Of a DNA stretch of 64,000 nt, positions 31,304-42,409 are shown piece after piece; position 1 is the stretch's first letter; each line of letters begins with the position of its first letter. The position numbers and the translations under genes were made by a program. The stretch is taken from the NCBI GenBank assembly GCA_026391475.1, contig JAPLED010000123.1, forward strand, positions 7,878-71,877, written 5' to 3'. Origin of the DNA: Bacteroidia bacterium. GTDB taxonomy: Bacteria > Bacteroidota > Bacteroidia > Bacteroidales > VadinHA17. Under the pieces are notes generated by a model that was not told where the DNA came from, ran no database searches, and saw only the letters and a list, made by a program, of their open reading frames with translations.

Positions 31304-32329
31304 TTAGAATAACTTTCCCGGCAAATTATGCCCAAATTGTTTTCCAAGATGTTTATATGCATGTTCAGTTGCCTCGCGGCCTCTTGGTGTTCTTTTAAGA
31401 TACCCCTCTTTAATCAGAAAAGGTTCGTAAACCTCCTCAATTGTTCCGCTTTCTTCTCCTACTGCAGTAGAGATTGTAGTCAAACCCACTGGCCCTCCGT
31501 TGAATTTATCTATTATTACGGAAAGAATCCTGTTGTCCATTTCATCGAGTCCATGCTGGTCTATATTCAGGGCTTGTAGACTATATTTCGTTATTTCGAT
31601 ATCTATTTCTCCTGATCCTTTTACCTGGGCAAAATCCCTTATTCTTCTGAGAAGAGCGTTTGCAATTCTTGGAGTACCTCGGCTTCTTCTTGCTATTTCG
31701 ACAGCAGCCTCTTCATCAATTTTTACATTTAATATTCCTGCCGATCTTTTAACTATACCTGTAAGTATCTCGTGATCATAATATTCAAGATGGAACTTGA
31801 TGCCAAACCTCGCTCTCAATGGACTTGTAAGAAGACCCGAGCGAGTGGTTGCACCGATGAGGGTAAAATTATTAAGTGTTAATTGTACAGATCTTGCACT
31901 TGGTCCTTTGTCGATCATGATATCAATCTGGAAATCTTCCATTGCAGAATAGAGATACTCCTCAACAACAGGGCTCAAACGGTGAATTTCATCTATAAAC
32001 AGAACATCTCCTTCCTGAAGATTGGTGAGCAACCCGGCAAGGTCGCCAGGTTTATCCAGAACCGGTCCCGAAGTAACGCGAAGGTTAACCTGCAACTCAT
32101 TTGCGATAATTGTGGCCAGGGTTGTTTTACCCAGTCCGGGAGGGCCATGTAACAAGACGTGGTCGAGAGATTCACCTCTCTGTTTTGCTGCTGTCACAAA
32201 TACAACAAGATTTTCAATTACCTGCTTTTGTCCTTTGAAATCGCTGAAGCTTAATGGACGGAGCTGCTTTTCAAATTCCTTATCGTTAACTGAGATATTA
32301 TCCTTTCTGATATTGAGATTTTCTTCCAT
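31304..32329 (-). CDS. ruvB: Holliday junction branch migration helicase RuvB
   Basis: [27 protein letters not shown] and RTPRGR motifs. Confidence 0.98.
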   Translation of the reverse strand: MEENLNIRKDNISVNDKEFEKQLRPLSFSDFKGQKQVIENLVVFVTAAKQRGESLDHVLLHGPPGLGKTTLATIIANELQVNLRVTSGPVLDKPGDLAGLLTNLQEGDVLFIDEIHRLSPVVEEYLYSAMEDFQIDIMIDKGPSARSVQLTLNNFTLIGATTRSGLLTSPLRARFGIKFHLEYYDHEILTGIVKRSAGILNVKIDEEAAVEIARRSRGTPRIANALLRRIRDFAQVKGSGEIDIEITKYSLQALNIDQHGLDEMDNRILSVIIDKFNGGPVGLTTISTAVGEESGTIEEVYEPFLIKEGYLKRTPRGREATEHAYKHLGKQFGHNLPGKLF

Positions 32330-32341
32330 AAAGCAATGTAA

Positions 32342-33895
32342 CTATTTAATCAGCTTTGTGTCGCTTTCAGGAAGCTTAATTCCGACCCCGTTAATACTTA
32401 TCTCCACATCATTTTTATATGCAATTACAAGCACAGGTATTCCTTCTTCGTCAAATTTCTTCCAGGTTTTCTCCCTTATACCCATCTGGAAAAACTGTTC
32501 TTCTTTTATTTTCCCGTTTTCGTAGTAATAACTTTGCTGTCCATTAGGATTGCCCTGTACAAAGTTTCCCTTGGATTTTAATTTTCCATTGGTGTAATAT
32601 GCTCTCCATACACCATCTTTTAACCCTATGATAAATTTTCCTTCTTCTGTAAAGTCGCCTGATTTATATTTCCATTCGCCGTTCTTCTCTCCATCAGAGT
32701 ACTGTCCCTGTGTAATAATTTCACCCGTTACAGAGTATTCCGTGCATGATCCGTCGCGTTGTCCCTGGAAATATTCCTCTTCCCTCAGCAGTGCACCGTT
32801 ATCATAATACCATTTCCACAATCCGTCGGGGCGGCCGTTATTATAAGTACCTGTTTGCTCTATCTTTTCTGATATGTTGTAGAATTTCCACATGCCTGAG
32901 CGTCTGTTATCCGTAAATTGGCCTTCGGCCTGGACTTTTAAATTTGAATAAAAATCTTTCCATTTACCGTTGCGGTTTCCGGCTTCATCAATAATACCTT
33001 CAGACAGCATTAATCCGTTATCGTTGTAAATGAAAGCATTAATAACTTTACTATCTTTTCCATATTCCCGGTGAATACCGACAGGAACCTTATTACGGTA
33101 GGGGCCGCTATAAATCAGTTTTCCATCCTGATCATATTTATTAACTATTTCGATATCGGGTTCATCTTCAACCCTGGATTTCACAATTGAGCCATTTTCA
33201 TACAGCATTGTAAGTACAAGCTTTCCCCGGTTATCATATTCCTTATAATAACTATGCATGAGGTCGTCTTTATATGTTTTTTCAGATTTTATTCCTCCGT
33301 TGGGATAGAATTCCTTCCATTCGCCCTGTTTCAGACCTTTATTGTCTGTTCTGTTTATTCTTTCCCGGCTGACAAGAAAATCATTATTATATTCAAACAA
33401 GGTTATAATATTTCCTTCTTTGTCATATTCCTTTGATAAGCCCTCCTTTTTTCCACCGTTATATGCAATAGTCTGCTGGATTTTACCATCGGGGAAACAG
33501 ATAGATGCAGTACCCTCTTTTCTGTCGCCTGCAAAAAGTTCTTTCGACCATAAATAAACCCCTATTGAGGGATCCTTTTTATATTTATAATACCAGCCGT
33601 TCTTTTTTCCTACCAGGTAGTTTATTTTCTCTGTTGTGTCGCCTGCCTGATCGTAAAATATCCATATACTGTCAAGAAGAAAATTGGATCTTCGCCCCTC
33701 AGATTTTTTTATTCCTGTAACATAATAACTCTTCCAGAATCCTTCAGGCCTTCCATTTTTAATTAATCCTTCGCTTGATACAGTCCCGTTCGGATATTTA
33801 AATATCTGATAACCATCTTTTAAAGTTCCGTTTTCCTGAGCAGAACCAATTTTACTGATTAAAATAAAAACTATAAAAACAGTAATCCGTTTCAT
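32342..33895 (-). CDS. MORN-variant (YwqK-like) repeat protein, exported
   Basis: Repeated G.W..YY.NG.L..EG.Y..G units; signal peptide. Confidence 0.8.
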   Translation of the reverse strand: MKRITVFIVFILISKIGSAQENGTLKDGYQIFKYPNGTVSSEGLIKNGRPEGFWKSYYVTGIKKSEGRRSNFLLDSIWIFYDQAGDTTEKINYLVGKKNGWYYKYKKDPSIGVYLWSKELFAGDRKEGTASICFPDGKIQQTIAYNGGKKEGLSKEYDKEGNIITLFEYNNDFLVSRERINRTDNKGLKQGEWKEFYPNGGIKSEKTYKDDLMHSYYKEYDNRGKLVLTMLYENGSIVKSRVEDEPDIEIVNKYDQDGKLIYSGPYRNKVPVGIHREYGKDSKVINAFIYNDNGLMLSEGIIDEAGNRNGKWKDFYSNLKVQAEGQFTDNRRSGMWKFYNISEKIEQTGTYNNGRPDGLWKWYYDNGALLREEEYFQGQRDGSCTEYSVTGEIITQGQYSDGEKNGEWKYKSGDFTEEGKFIIGLKDGVWRAYYTNGKLKSKGNFVQGNPNGQQSYYYENGKIKEEQFFQMGIREKTWKKFDEEGIPVLVIAYKNDVEISINGVGIKLPESDTKLIK

Positions 33896-33898
33896 GAT

Positions 33899-34852
33899 TT
33901 AAAGACCAAGTTTTTCAGATATTTCCATCATTCTTCTTATAGGCTTTTGAGCTTTCAGAAGGACATCCATATCGATAATGATTTCAGGCTTTTCGTTTTT
34001 AAGACAATTAAATATTTTTTCCATTGTTATAAGCTTCATAAAACTGCATTCGCTGCAACCACATGTTGAATCTCTTGGTGGAGCAGGAATATAAGTTTTA
34101 CCAGGGTTTTCCTTTTTCATCTGATGAATTATACCAGCTTCTGTTGCAACAATATAGCATTTTCCATTATCTTTCATCGTAAATTGCAATAATGAAGATG
34201 TAGAGCCGATATAATCTGCAACCATCCTGATGGGTAATTCACATTCAGGATGGACTATAATTTTAGCATCCGGGTTTTCTTTCTTTAATTTAATAATTGC
34301 TTCCAGAGAAAATTCTTCATGCACATGGCATGCACCATTCCAGATAACCATATCACGTCCTGTTTTATTAAGAACATAATTTCCAAGGTTACGGTCTGGA
34401 GCAAAGATAATTTTTTCATAACGAGGAAGTGATTCAACTATCTGAATTGCATTTGAAGATGTACATATAATATCAGACAATGCTTTTATTTCAGCATTAG
34501 TATTAACATACGAGACAATTGTTCTACCCTGGTTATCCTTAATAAATCCTTCAAAATCACCTGCCTTGCATGAATCTGCAAGAGAACATCCTGCATTAAT
34601 ATCGGGAAGAAGCACCTTTTTCTCCGGAGCAAGTATTTTAGCTGTTTCTGCCATAAACTTAACACCTGCAAAAAGTATAACGTCTGCATTATTTGATGCC
34701 GCTTTTTGTGAAAGAGCAAGACTGTCTCCGACAAAATCAGCAATATCCTGAATATCTCCAGTTTGGTAATAGTGAGCAAGAATGATTGCATTTTTTTCTA
34801 CTTTCATTCTTTTTATTTCAGATATATAATGTTCTGATGATTGTTTTTTCAT
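33899..34852 (-). CDS. nadA: Quinolinate synthase
   Basis: ILAHYYQ, VGDSLALS, AGCSLA, GACHVH, VHPEC and C.FMK motifs. Confidence 0.96.
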   Translation of the reverse strand: MKKQSSEHYISEIKRMKVEKNAIILAHYYQTGDIQDIADFVGDSLALSQKAASNNADVILFAGVKFMAETAKILAPEKKVLLPDINAGCSLADSCKAGDFEGFIKDNQGRTIVSYVNTNAEIKALSDIICTSSNAIQIVESLPRYEKIIFAPDRNLGNYVLNKTGRDMVIWNGACHVHEEFSLEAIIKLKKENPDAKIIVHPECELPIRMVADYIGSTSSLLQFTMKDNGKCYIVATEAGIIHQMKKENPGKTYIPAPPRDSTCGCSECSFMKLITMEKIFNCLKNEKPEIIIDMDVLLKAQKPIRRMMEISEKLGL

Positions 34853-35481
34853 TCTGCTTCCAAAATTTCTAATGGATAAACTTAATCAATATAATTTTAA
34901 TGATTTTCACCTCACCCTGCTTTTCTTTTTTTTATTAACATCATAATATTTTTATATATAAATATTTAATTTATTTATGATAATAATAATATGCTGTTAA
35001 TAGTGTTGATATAAAAGTCAGATTTTTATTTTTATTTTCATTATTACAACTGTATTAACAACTTTTCAACAGCTCAAAAAATATACCATTTTTGAAAATC
35101 AGCTGATTAGTAAACTAATTAACAACTGTTAAGATAAGATTATTGATATTGCCAATAAAGCAAAAGTAAAGTTTTTAAGGTTTATTTCAGGTTCATATTT
35201 TTACTTTATTTTCTTAAAACTTTATTCCTTGCAGCATTCTATACTATGAAACAAATAAAATAGTTGAAAAAAAAGGAGTTTATGAATTTTAATCATCCGT
35301 TGTTTACATGTTATTAACAATAATATGATTTAACATATCTTTTCTAAACAATTACATTGTTGTTTTGTTACTGTAATATATATGTGCATTCTTAAAAGAT
35401 ATTAAAATATTTTTTTCTTTTAATTAATCAATTATATTAATTTGCGTTCTGTTCACAGAAATCTTATTAAAAGACAATCAA
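34853..35481. other. Probable chromosomal replication origin (oriC)
   Basis: Very AT-rich 629-bp gap with DnaA-box-like 9-mers at 34932, 34995, 35004, 35052, 35063, 35116 and 35311, a TAA-trio run at 34981, a gene-orientation switch and nearby parS sites. Confidence 0.7.
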
Positions 35482-35928
35482 TTGAAAAAGAAAAAGATAG
35501 CAATAGTATCAGATCATGCCGGTTATTTCCTGAAGGGAAAAATATTAAGTTATCTTATTAAGGAAAAGCATGATGTTAAAGATTTTGGTTGTACATCAGA
35601 GGAAACGGTCGATTATCCTGATTTTGGTCATCCTCTGGCAAACACTGTTTCTGCAGGAGAATATGAAATGGGAATATCTATTTGCGGGACAGGAAATGGA
35701 ATGAATATGACTGTAAATAAGCATCCGGGAATAAGAAGTGCTATATGCTGGAACGAAGAAATAAGTCGATTGGCCCGGGCACATAACGATGCAAATATTT
35801 GTGCGTTACCAGGAAGGTTTATCTCGGAATCTGAAGCATATCTGATTGTAAAAACATTCATCAACACATCATTTGAAGGAGGCCGACATAAAAGAAGGAT
35901 AGATAAGATCTCATTAAAAATGTATTAA
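35482..35928 (+). CDS. rpiB: Ribose-5-phosphate isomerase B
   Basis: SDHAG, VDYPD, ICGTGNG, HNDAN and FEGGRH motifs; TTG start. Confidence 0.95.
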   Translation: MKKKKIAIVSDHAGYFLKGKILSYLIKEKHDVKDFGCTSEETVDYPDFGHPLANTVSAGEYEMGISICGTGNGMNMTVNKHPGIRSAICWNEEISRLARAHNDANICALPGRFISESEAYLIVKTFINTSFEGGRHKRRIDKISLKMY

Positions 35929-35929
35929 T

Positions 35930-36370
35930 ATGCTTTCAAACTCATGCAGATACGGCATTCGGGCTGTCATTTATTTAGCAAGTCAACCATTGTCAAGCGG
36001 AAAAACCGGTATCAGGAAAATAAGCAGCGATCTTGATCTTCCGACACCATTTCTTGCAAAGATTCTTCAGCAGTTGGCAAAACATAAAATTCTCAGTTCC
36101 TCAAAAGGGCCTCATGGAGGATTTTCCCTTGTAAAAGATCCCCGGAAGATTACCTTACTTGATATTGTAAATACAATTGACGGAAAAAATGTTTTTACTA
36201 ATTGTGTTGTGCATAACGGCTCGTGTGAATGTGTAGAAAAGGATAAAAAACACTGTCCGCTTCATGAGGATTATGAAAAGATAAGAGCGGATCTTATTAA
36301 ACTATTCAGCAATAAAACAATATATGACCTGGTAAAAAAGTCAGACAATGCAGAATTAATTACTATCTGA
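35930..36370 (+). CDS. Rrf2 family transcriptional regulator
   Basis: YGIRAVIYL, FLAKILQQL and KGPHGGF motifs; C-terminal Cys cluster. Confidence 0.9.
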   Translation: MLSNSCRYGIRAVIYLASQPLSSGKTGIRKISSDLDLPTPFLAKILQQLAKHKILSSSKGPHGGFSLVKDPRKITLLDIVNTIDGKNVFTNCVVHNGSCECVEKDKKHCPLHEDYEKIRADLIKLFSNKTIYDLVKKSDNAELITI

Positions 36371-36740
36371 TCGTTTCTTTTATCAAAGGTTTAATCCATA
36401 GCCATAATAAAAGAGAAACGAGAATCCCGGCTGAATTAAAAAGGACATCATAAAAACTTGCGAAACGGCTGATAGTAAGAGTTGACTGCAAAATTTCCAT
36501 TAAGATGCCATAGAAAAAAGGAATAAGAGCTATCAAAAATAAACTTCCGGTACTTTTTAAGGTTTTCCTGTATTCAAAGATAATGACCGACATCAGACCG
36601 AAATACATTCCGAAGTGCACAATTTTATCGACGAATGGGGTATTAAAAAATGAAACTTTATCAAACGTATCAGAACTTGCAAGGCTCAGATACATAATAA
36701 TCAGAGCCACAAGAATTGAGAACATATTCCTCTTTATCAT
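36363..36740 (-). CDS. VanZ family protein
   Basis: DKIVHFGMY, EILQ and DVLFNSAG motifs; ATG at 36740 preferred. Confidence 0.85.
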   Translation of the reverse strand: MIKRNMFSILVALIIMYLSLASSDTFDKVSFFNTPFVDKIVHFGMYFGLMSVIIFEYRKTLKSTGSLFLIALIPFFYGILMEILQSTLTISRFASFYDVLFNSAGILVSLLLWLWIKPLIKETIR

Positions 36741-36811
36741 TTTTAAAGTTTGATGCAAATTTAGTAATATAGTGGTATTTTATTTATATAATTACATTTT
36801 TGCATTTTTAA

Positions 36812-37951
36812 ATGATGGCAGGGATATATATACACATACCATTTTGTAAAAAGCTCTGTTTTTATTGTGACTTCTATCACATAATTTCATCTGATGATAA
36901 TTCTGCATTTGTCGATACTTTGCTGACGGAAGCTTCATTGAGGCAGGATTATCTGGGAACCGAAGCAGTATCAACTATATATTTTGGCGGTGGCACTCCG
37001 TCGGTATTTTCGATAAAAGAACTAGGTAAAATCTTAGATGGAATAAATAAAATTTTCAGAGTAGAAGAAAATTGTGAAATAACCATCGAACTAAACCCGG
37101 ATGATGTTAATTCAATTTATTTAGACGGTCTTAAGAAGCTTAATATTAACAGGATCAGTTTAGGTATTCAATCATGGAGGGATTCAGATCTGAAAATGCT
37201 GAACCGGCGACACAACTCAGCCCAGGCAGCTATGGCACTTAAGGAAACTTTTAATGCAGGATTTGAAAATGTAACGATTGACCTGATTTATGGAATTCCC
37301 GGGATGAGTGTTCAGGAATGGGCATCAAATCTTGATTTTTCCTTTTCATTTGATATAAAACACCTCTCTGCGTATCACCTTACATTTGAGCCCGGAACAG
37401 TATTAGGGAAGATGCTGGAGAAAGGGCTGATATCTGAAATTGAAGAAGAAGAAAGTGCATCCCTTTTCAATACACTTATAGAAAAATCAGAATCAGCCGG
37501 TTTTATTCATTATGAGATTTCAAATTTTGGCAAACCCGGTTATTTCTCAGTTCATAATTCAAATTACTGGAAACAGGTCAATTACCTTGGCCTTGGTCCG
37601 TCGGCACACTCATTTAACGGATATTCACGCCAATGGAATATCAGTGATGTAAAGGGTTATATTAAATCTGTTAATACCGGGAAATCATTTTTTGAAAAAG
37701 AAGAACTTGATATAAAAGCCCGTTTTAACGAATATATAATGACGTCCCTGAGAACAATGTGGGGCATTGATCTTGAATATATTGAGAAGACTTTTGAAAA
37801 AGAAGGTTATGACTATGTTGTAAATCTTGCCGGGAAATTCAGAGATTATGGATTGATGAAACAGGATAAAAAAACCCTGGTTCTTACAAACCAGGGAAAG
37901 ATGATATCCGATAATATTATATCTGAGTTTATGATGCCGGGTGATGTCTAG
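36812..37951 (+). CDS. hemW: Radical SAM heme chaperone HemW
   Basis: YIHIPFCKKLCFYCDF, GGGTPS, YEISNF and HNSNYW motifs. Confidence 0.92.
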   Translation: MMAGIYIHIPFCKKLCFYCDFYHIISSDDNSAFVDTLLTEASLRQDYLGTEAVSTIYFGGGTPSVFSIKELGKILDGINKIFRVEENCEITIELNPDDVNSIYLDGLKKLNINRISLGIQSWRDSDLKMLNRRHNSAQAAMALKETFNAGFENVTIDLIYGIPGMSVQEWASNLDFSFSFDIKHLSAYHLTFEPGTVLGKMLEKGLISEIEEEESASLFNTLIEKSESAGFIHYEISNFGKPGYFSVHNSNYWKQVNYLGLGPSAHSFNGYSRQWNISDVKGYIKSVNTGKSFFEKEELDIKARFNEYIMTSLRTMWGIDLEYIEKTFEKEGYDYVVNLAGKFRDYGLMKQDKKTLVLTNQGKMISDNIISEFMMPGDV

Positions 37952-38857
37952 TTATCTTTTGGAAAGCATAAAATTTGTGCGGCCGATAATGTTATCTTCA
38001 AGGTAAAGCTCAACACTGTAATTGCCGATTATAAAATCGCCAGTATTATCCAGAAAGATACACATTTCAACATCCTGATTTATATAATCCACCTCCCGGG
38101 TGGAAGAATATATTGTTTTATTTCCTTTATAATTAAAAAGATTATCCGGGCTGCTTGTTATTACAAGAGAGTCGGGTCTTATTACTCTCATAAATACCTT
38201 CTTTGGACCGGCTTTAGCCAACGGGTTCTCACGAAGCGTGAAACATATTCTGAGCTTATCGAGAAGATTTATCCGCGTTGTCTCTTTTCTCTTCTTGTTC
38301 AAAGAAACGGCGACAATGTCTTTAGCCTGAATGACTGAAGCAATTTCAACTTTGGTACTTAACTCCTCTTTGACCTTTGAGAGCTCAGTATTAGTATTCC
38401 GGACCTGTGTAATTTGCTGCAGGATTTCAGTATTTGCGGCAACAAGGATTTTATTTTTGCTATTAAGAGAATCAATTTGAACAATATAATTTTTCATTAT
38501 TTCGCGCATTGTTGTGATCTCACTCTTATATTTTTTTATCAACTGGATGTTTGATGCATTAACTGATAATAGCTGAACAATCCTCGTTCTTTCCTTATAC
38601 AGACCTGCATTGAGACTATCGTTATTAGTTTTTAAAGTATCATAACCTACAACCATAAGTCTTAATTCATTTGCCAGGGAGTCTTTTTCCTGGGTAAGGA
38701 CAGTTTCCATTTCTACCATTTTGTTTTTCTGGTCGAAATACATAAAGATCAGAAAAATAAGGGCTCCGGCCATAATAATTGATGCGGCGATCATACCAAT
38801 AGGAAGGCTTTTTTTCGTTTCCTGTTCTATAGGAGTAATATTTTTTGTGTCTGTCAT
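37952..38857 (-). CDS. Hypothetical membrane-anchored coiled-coil protein
   Basis: One N-terminal TM helix, a coiled coil and a beta-rich C-terminal domain. Confidence 0.75.
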   Translation of the reverse strand: MTDTKNITPIEQETKKSLPIGMIAASIIMAGALIFLIFMYFDQKNKMVEMETVLTQEKDSLANELRLMVVGYDTLKTNNDSLNAGLYKERTRIVQLLSVNASNIQLIKKYKSEITTMREIMKNYIVQIDSLNSKNKILVAANTEILQQITQVRNTNTELSKVKEELSTKVEIASVIQAKDIVAVSLNKKRKETTRINLLDKLRICFTLRENPLAKAGPKKVFMRVIRPDSLVITSSPDNLFNYKGNKTIYSSTREVDYINQDVEMCIFLDNTGDFIIGNYSVELYLEDNIIGRTNFMLSKR

Positions 38858-38974
38858 TTATATAATTGTGTTTAAAGGTTTCGTGAGCAAAGATAATAAT
38901 ATCCTGATAATTATCATAATATCCAATTCATTGATTAAATTTCCTCAATTCAGAAACAGGTTATTATTAGAACT

Positions 38975-39844
38975 ATGAAATACATTGGTGCACACGTGAG
39001 CGCGTCAGGCGGAGTTGAAAACGCTCCGGTAAATGCAAACTCAATAGGAGCGAAGGCTTTTGCCCTCTTTACAAAGAATCAGAGACAATGGTTCTCTAAT
39101 CCTCTTTCAAAAGCAAACATAAAAGCATTCAGGGAGAACTGTGAGAAGTACGATTATAAACCATTCCAGATACTTCCTCATGATAGCTACCTGATTAATC
39201 TGGGTCATCCGGAAGAAGAACCTTTGGAAAAGTCAAGAGCCTCGTTTCTTGATGAGATGCAAAGATGTGAACTGCTTGGTCTCGACAAACTGAATTTTCA
39301 TCCTGGTAGCCATCTTAATTCAATAGGGATTGAAGAATGCCTCAAAAGAATAGCAGAATCTATAAATATTGTTCTTGGGAAAACAAAGGGGGTTACGGCA
39401 GTAATTGAGAACACTGCTGGTCAGGGAACTAACCTGGGGCATACTTTTGAACAGCTATGGGCCATAATTGATAGTGTTGAAGATAAATCAAGAGTAGGAG
39501 TTTGTATTGACACTTGCCATGCTTTTGCTTCCGGATATGATGTTAAATCACCGGAAGGATTTAAAAAAACTTTTGAGAAATTCAATGAAATTATTGGTTT
39601 TGAATTTCTTAAAGGGATGCATCTCAATGATTCAAAAAAGGAATTTGCTACAAGAGTAGACCGCCATGAAAATATCGGAAAAGGATTCATGGGAGAGGAT
39701 GTTTTCAGAATGCTGATGAATGACAGCCGTTTTGATAATATTCCTCTGATACTTGAAACACCCGAGGAGTCACTCTGGGAGGCTGAGATTAAGAAACTTT
39801 ATTCTTATGTTACACCTCATATCACCGAGGAGAGAAGGGGGTAA
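38975..39844 (+). CDS. nfo: Endonuclease IV
   Basis: [36 protein letters not shown] and DRHE motifs. Confidence 0.97.
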   Translation: MKYIGAHVSASGGVENAPVNANSIGAKAFALFTKNQRQWFSNPLSKANIKAFRENCEKYDYKPFQILPHDSYLINLGHPEEEPLEKSRASFLDEMQRCELLGLDKLNFHPGSHLNSIGIEECLKRIAESINIVLGKTKGVTAVIENTAGQGTNLGHTFEQLWAIIDSVEDKSRVGVCIDTCHAFASGYDVKSPEGFKKTFEKFNEIIGFEFLKGMHLNDSKKEFATRVDRHENIGKGFMGEDVFRMLMNDSRFDNIPLILETPEESLWEAEIKKLYSYVTPHITEERRG

Positions 39845-40627
39845 TTATTTCTCAAGAAGCTTATCAATATCAATTTCTTTAAGCTTTGCTTTTGTCGCTT
39901 TATAGCCAATCGAAAAGAGCTCATCGGCTTTTTCCGGATCGAGGATCTTGTAATTCCTTAATTCAGGAGGAGCGACTAAAAGATCAAATTTCTTTGCTTT
40001 TTCGATAATTTCTTTTGACATACTTAGCATGAAAGTCCTTTCGGCAATATTGATCAGGCCGCTGACTTTTTCAACGTAACCAACCGGATTAACGAACGAA
40101 CCAATAAGAATTTTGCATTTATTCTCAATTGGTTTAACGGGCAGATTATCAAGAACACCTCCATCAACATAGCAAATATTATTGATCATTACCGGCCGAA
40201 AAAGCACGGGGATGCTTGCTGAAGCAATAACCGGATCAAGCAGATCGCCTGTTGAAAAGTATACTGCCTTACCGTTATTAAGATCAGTTGCTGATACATA
40301 CAAAGGAATTTTAAGCTCTTCAAATGTTTTTGAACGTAAGCAGTTTTTCAATATTTTAATTACACCACCAATTTGCAATAATCCCTCCCTCGGTAGTGCA
40401 GGGCGCAGAAAGTCAAGCCGGCTGCCGGAATTCATTATTTTATGGATCTCTTTTGGAGTATGGCCATCGGCATATAAGACACCGGCCAATGCACCGGCAC
40501 TGGTTCCTGATATTACATCGGGATAGATTCCGGCATCATTTAAAGCCTGAATCACTCCAAGATGTGCAAAACCCCTTGCACCTCCGCCGCTTAACACAAG
40601 TCCGATTTTATATTGTTTCCCCGACAT
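39845..40627 (-). CDS. Patatin-like phospholipase
   Basis: LSGGGARG, GTSAG and DGG motifs. Confidence 0.92.
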   Translation of the reverse strand: MSGKQYKIGLVLSGGGARGFAHLGVIQALNDAGIYPDVISGTSAGALAGVLYADGHTPKEIHKIMNSGSRLDFLRPALPREGLLQIGGVIKILKNCLRSKTFEELKIPLYVSATDLNNGKAVYFSTGDLLDPVIASASIPVLFRPVMINNICYVDGGVLDNLPVKPIENKCKILIGSFVNPVGYVEKVSGLINIAERTFMLSMSKEIIEKAKKFDLLVAPPELRNYKILDPEKADELFSIGYKATKAKLKEIDIDKLLEK

Positions 40628-40651
40628 TAAAATAATTCTTTAAGATACCTA

Positions 40652-41941
40652 TCAGATCAAAAAATCAACAAGCAATTTAATATTAAGAAAAGTAACAATA
40701 CCGGCGATAACCGATAAAACACCAATAAGAAAAGGACTATTAACATATTTCCCCATAACCTTTTTTGATGAGGTGAGGTAGATCTGAATTGCAACGGTAA
40801 ACGGAAGCTGAATGCTTAAAAATACCTGCGACAATATTAGGCCTTTAAACGGATTCCCTATAAAAAAGATCAATATTAAAGCCCCCACCAGAGAAATAAT
40901 AATTCCAATTCTGGAATGGTTATCCTTTACATCATAAGGCTCCTTATACATTCCGGAGACTATCGACCCGCCTGCCATTCCCGATGTAATAGAAGAAGCA
41001 ACTCCGGCAAAGAGAAGAGCAACGGCAAAAACAACAGAAGCATTTAATCCCAGCAATGGCTCCAGAAGTCTTTCTGCCTGTTGAAGCTCATCAACTTTCT
41101 GGCTGTTTTTAAAAAACGTTGCGGCAGCAATGATGATCATGGCGCTATTGATTGCCCAACCGATTATCATGGAAAACAATGTATCGGCAAATTCAAATTT
41201 CAATTGCTTTTTAATTATCTTTTCATCCTGCAGATTCCATTTGCGGCTTTGTATTACTTCCGAATGAAGAAAAAGGTTGTGGGGCATCACCACTGCACCA
41301 AGGACACTCATCAGTAACAACATTGAACCTTCAGGGATTGATGGTTTTACCCAGGAGATTCCTGCCGTAACCCAATCGACATCAACCAGAAACAGCTCAT
41401 ACAAAAATGATATTCCAATAATTGAAACAAATCCGATTATCCACTTTTCGATCTTTCTGTAAGAATTTGTGAAGAGCATAATGATAACAAAAATAGTAAC
41501 AAGGACTGCACTAATTTTTGTCGGAACATCAAAGAGCATGTTTAATGCAATAGAGCCACCTAGAATTTCAGCAAGAGAGGTCGAGACTGAGGCAAGTACA
41601 GCAAAGGAGAGAATAGCTTTTGAGACCTTCGGATGAATGTATATTGTAGCCGCTTCAGAAAGACAAAGTCCGGTTGCTATACCTAAATGTGCAACGTTAT
41701 GTTGCAGAACAATTAGCATTATTGTTGATAAAGATACAATCCACAGAAGAGTATAGCCATAACCGGAACCGGTTGCAATATTTGCAGCCCAGTTCCCCGG
41801 ATCGATAAAACCGACAGTTACCAGCAGACCTGGACCAATATATTTGAAAATATCAAGTGCCCCGAAAGAAGGGGTATGATCTTTTCTTTTCAAATCTTTT
41901 AATAACCCGAAGGAGTTAAATAGATTCTTAATATTCAACAT
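40652..41941 (-). CDS. mntH: Nramp family divalent metal (Mn2+) transporter
   Basis: GFIDPGNW and GAVVMPHNLFLHS motifs. Confidence 0.9.
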   Translation of the reverse strand: MLNIKNLFNSFGLLKDLKRKDHTPSFGALDIFKYIGPGLLVTVGFIDPGNWAANIATGSGYGYTLLWIVSLSTIMLIVLQHNVAHLGIATGLCLSEAATIYIHPKVSKAILSFAVLASVSTSLAEILGGSIALNMLFDVPTKISAVLVTIFVIIMLFTNSYRKIEKWIIGFVSIIGISFLYELFLVDVDWVTAGISWVKPSIPEGSMLLLMSVLGAVVMPHNLFLHSEVIQSRKWNLQDEKIIKKQLKFEFADTLFSMIIGWAINSAMIIIAAATFFKNSQKVDELQQAERLLEPLLGLNASVVFAVALLFAGVASSITSGMAGGSIVSGMYKEPYDVKDNHSRIGIIISLVGALILIFFIGNPFKGLILSQVFLSIQLPFTVAIQIYLTSSKKVMGKYVNSPFLIGVLSVIAGIVTFLNIKLLVDFLI

Positions 41942-42112
41942 ATTGGATATCTTCGATTCTCATTCTGCAAATCCTGCAATAGCAAAATAAACCAAAACAA
42001 ATATAAACAATGATAATGAAAATTATTACCGTCAGATAATTGGCTGTAATATTCTGTAATTATTATAATTTTGATAGATAAAGTAATGCAAATCAGAATT
42101 AAAAAGAACAAT

Positions 42113-42403
42113 ATGCAATTTTTACTGATAGCTTATGATGGTACTGATCCGGAAGCGCCGGAACGAAGACTAAAAGTTCGTGAAGAACATCTGGAAAAAA
42201 TCGCCAGACTGAAAAAAAGAGGAGAATGTTTGTTTGGCGGAGCTATTCTCGATGAGGCAGGTAAAATGATCGGATCAATGATTGTATATGATTTTCCTGA
42301 CCGTCAGTCGCTGGATGCGAGGCTGAAAGGGGAACTATATATAACCGAAGGAGTCTGGGAAAAAATTGAAATACAACCTTTCCGTCTTGCCAGAATAGAA
42401 TAA
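42113..42403 (+). CDS. YciI family protein
   Basis: RLKVREEHL, GGAIL and GSMIV motifs; ATG at 42113. Confidence 0.85.
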   Translation: MQFLLIAYDGTDPEAPERRLKVREEHLEKIARLKKRGECLFGGAILDEAGKMIGSMIVYDFPDRQSLDARLKGELYITEGVWEKIEIQPFRLARIE

Positions 42404-42409
42404 AGTGTT

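Noticed and set aside
32342-33895. YwqK 'antitoxin' similarity suggesting a toxin-antitoxin or polymorphic toxin locus
   Set aside because: It is a MORN-variant repeat protein with a signal peptide between nadA and ruvB, with no adjacent toxin gene
34853-35481. Possible CRISPR array or ncRNA in the long AT-rich gap
   Set aside because: No regularly spaced repeats and no GC-rich stems; oriC explains it better
41942-42112. Possible Mn-sensing (yybP-ykoY) riboswitch upstream of mntH
   Set aside because: No recognisable conserved motif or paired structure
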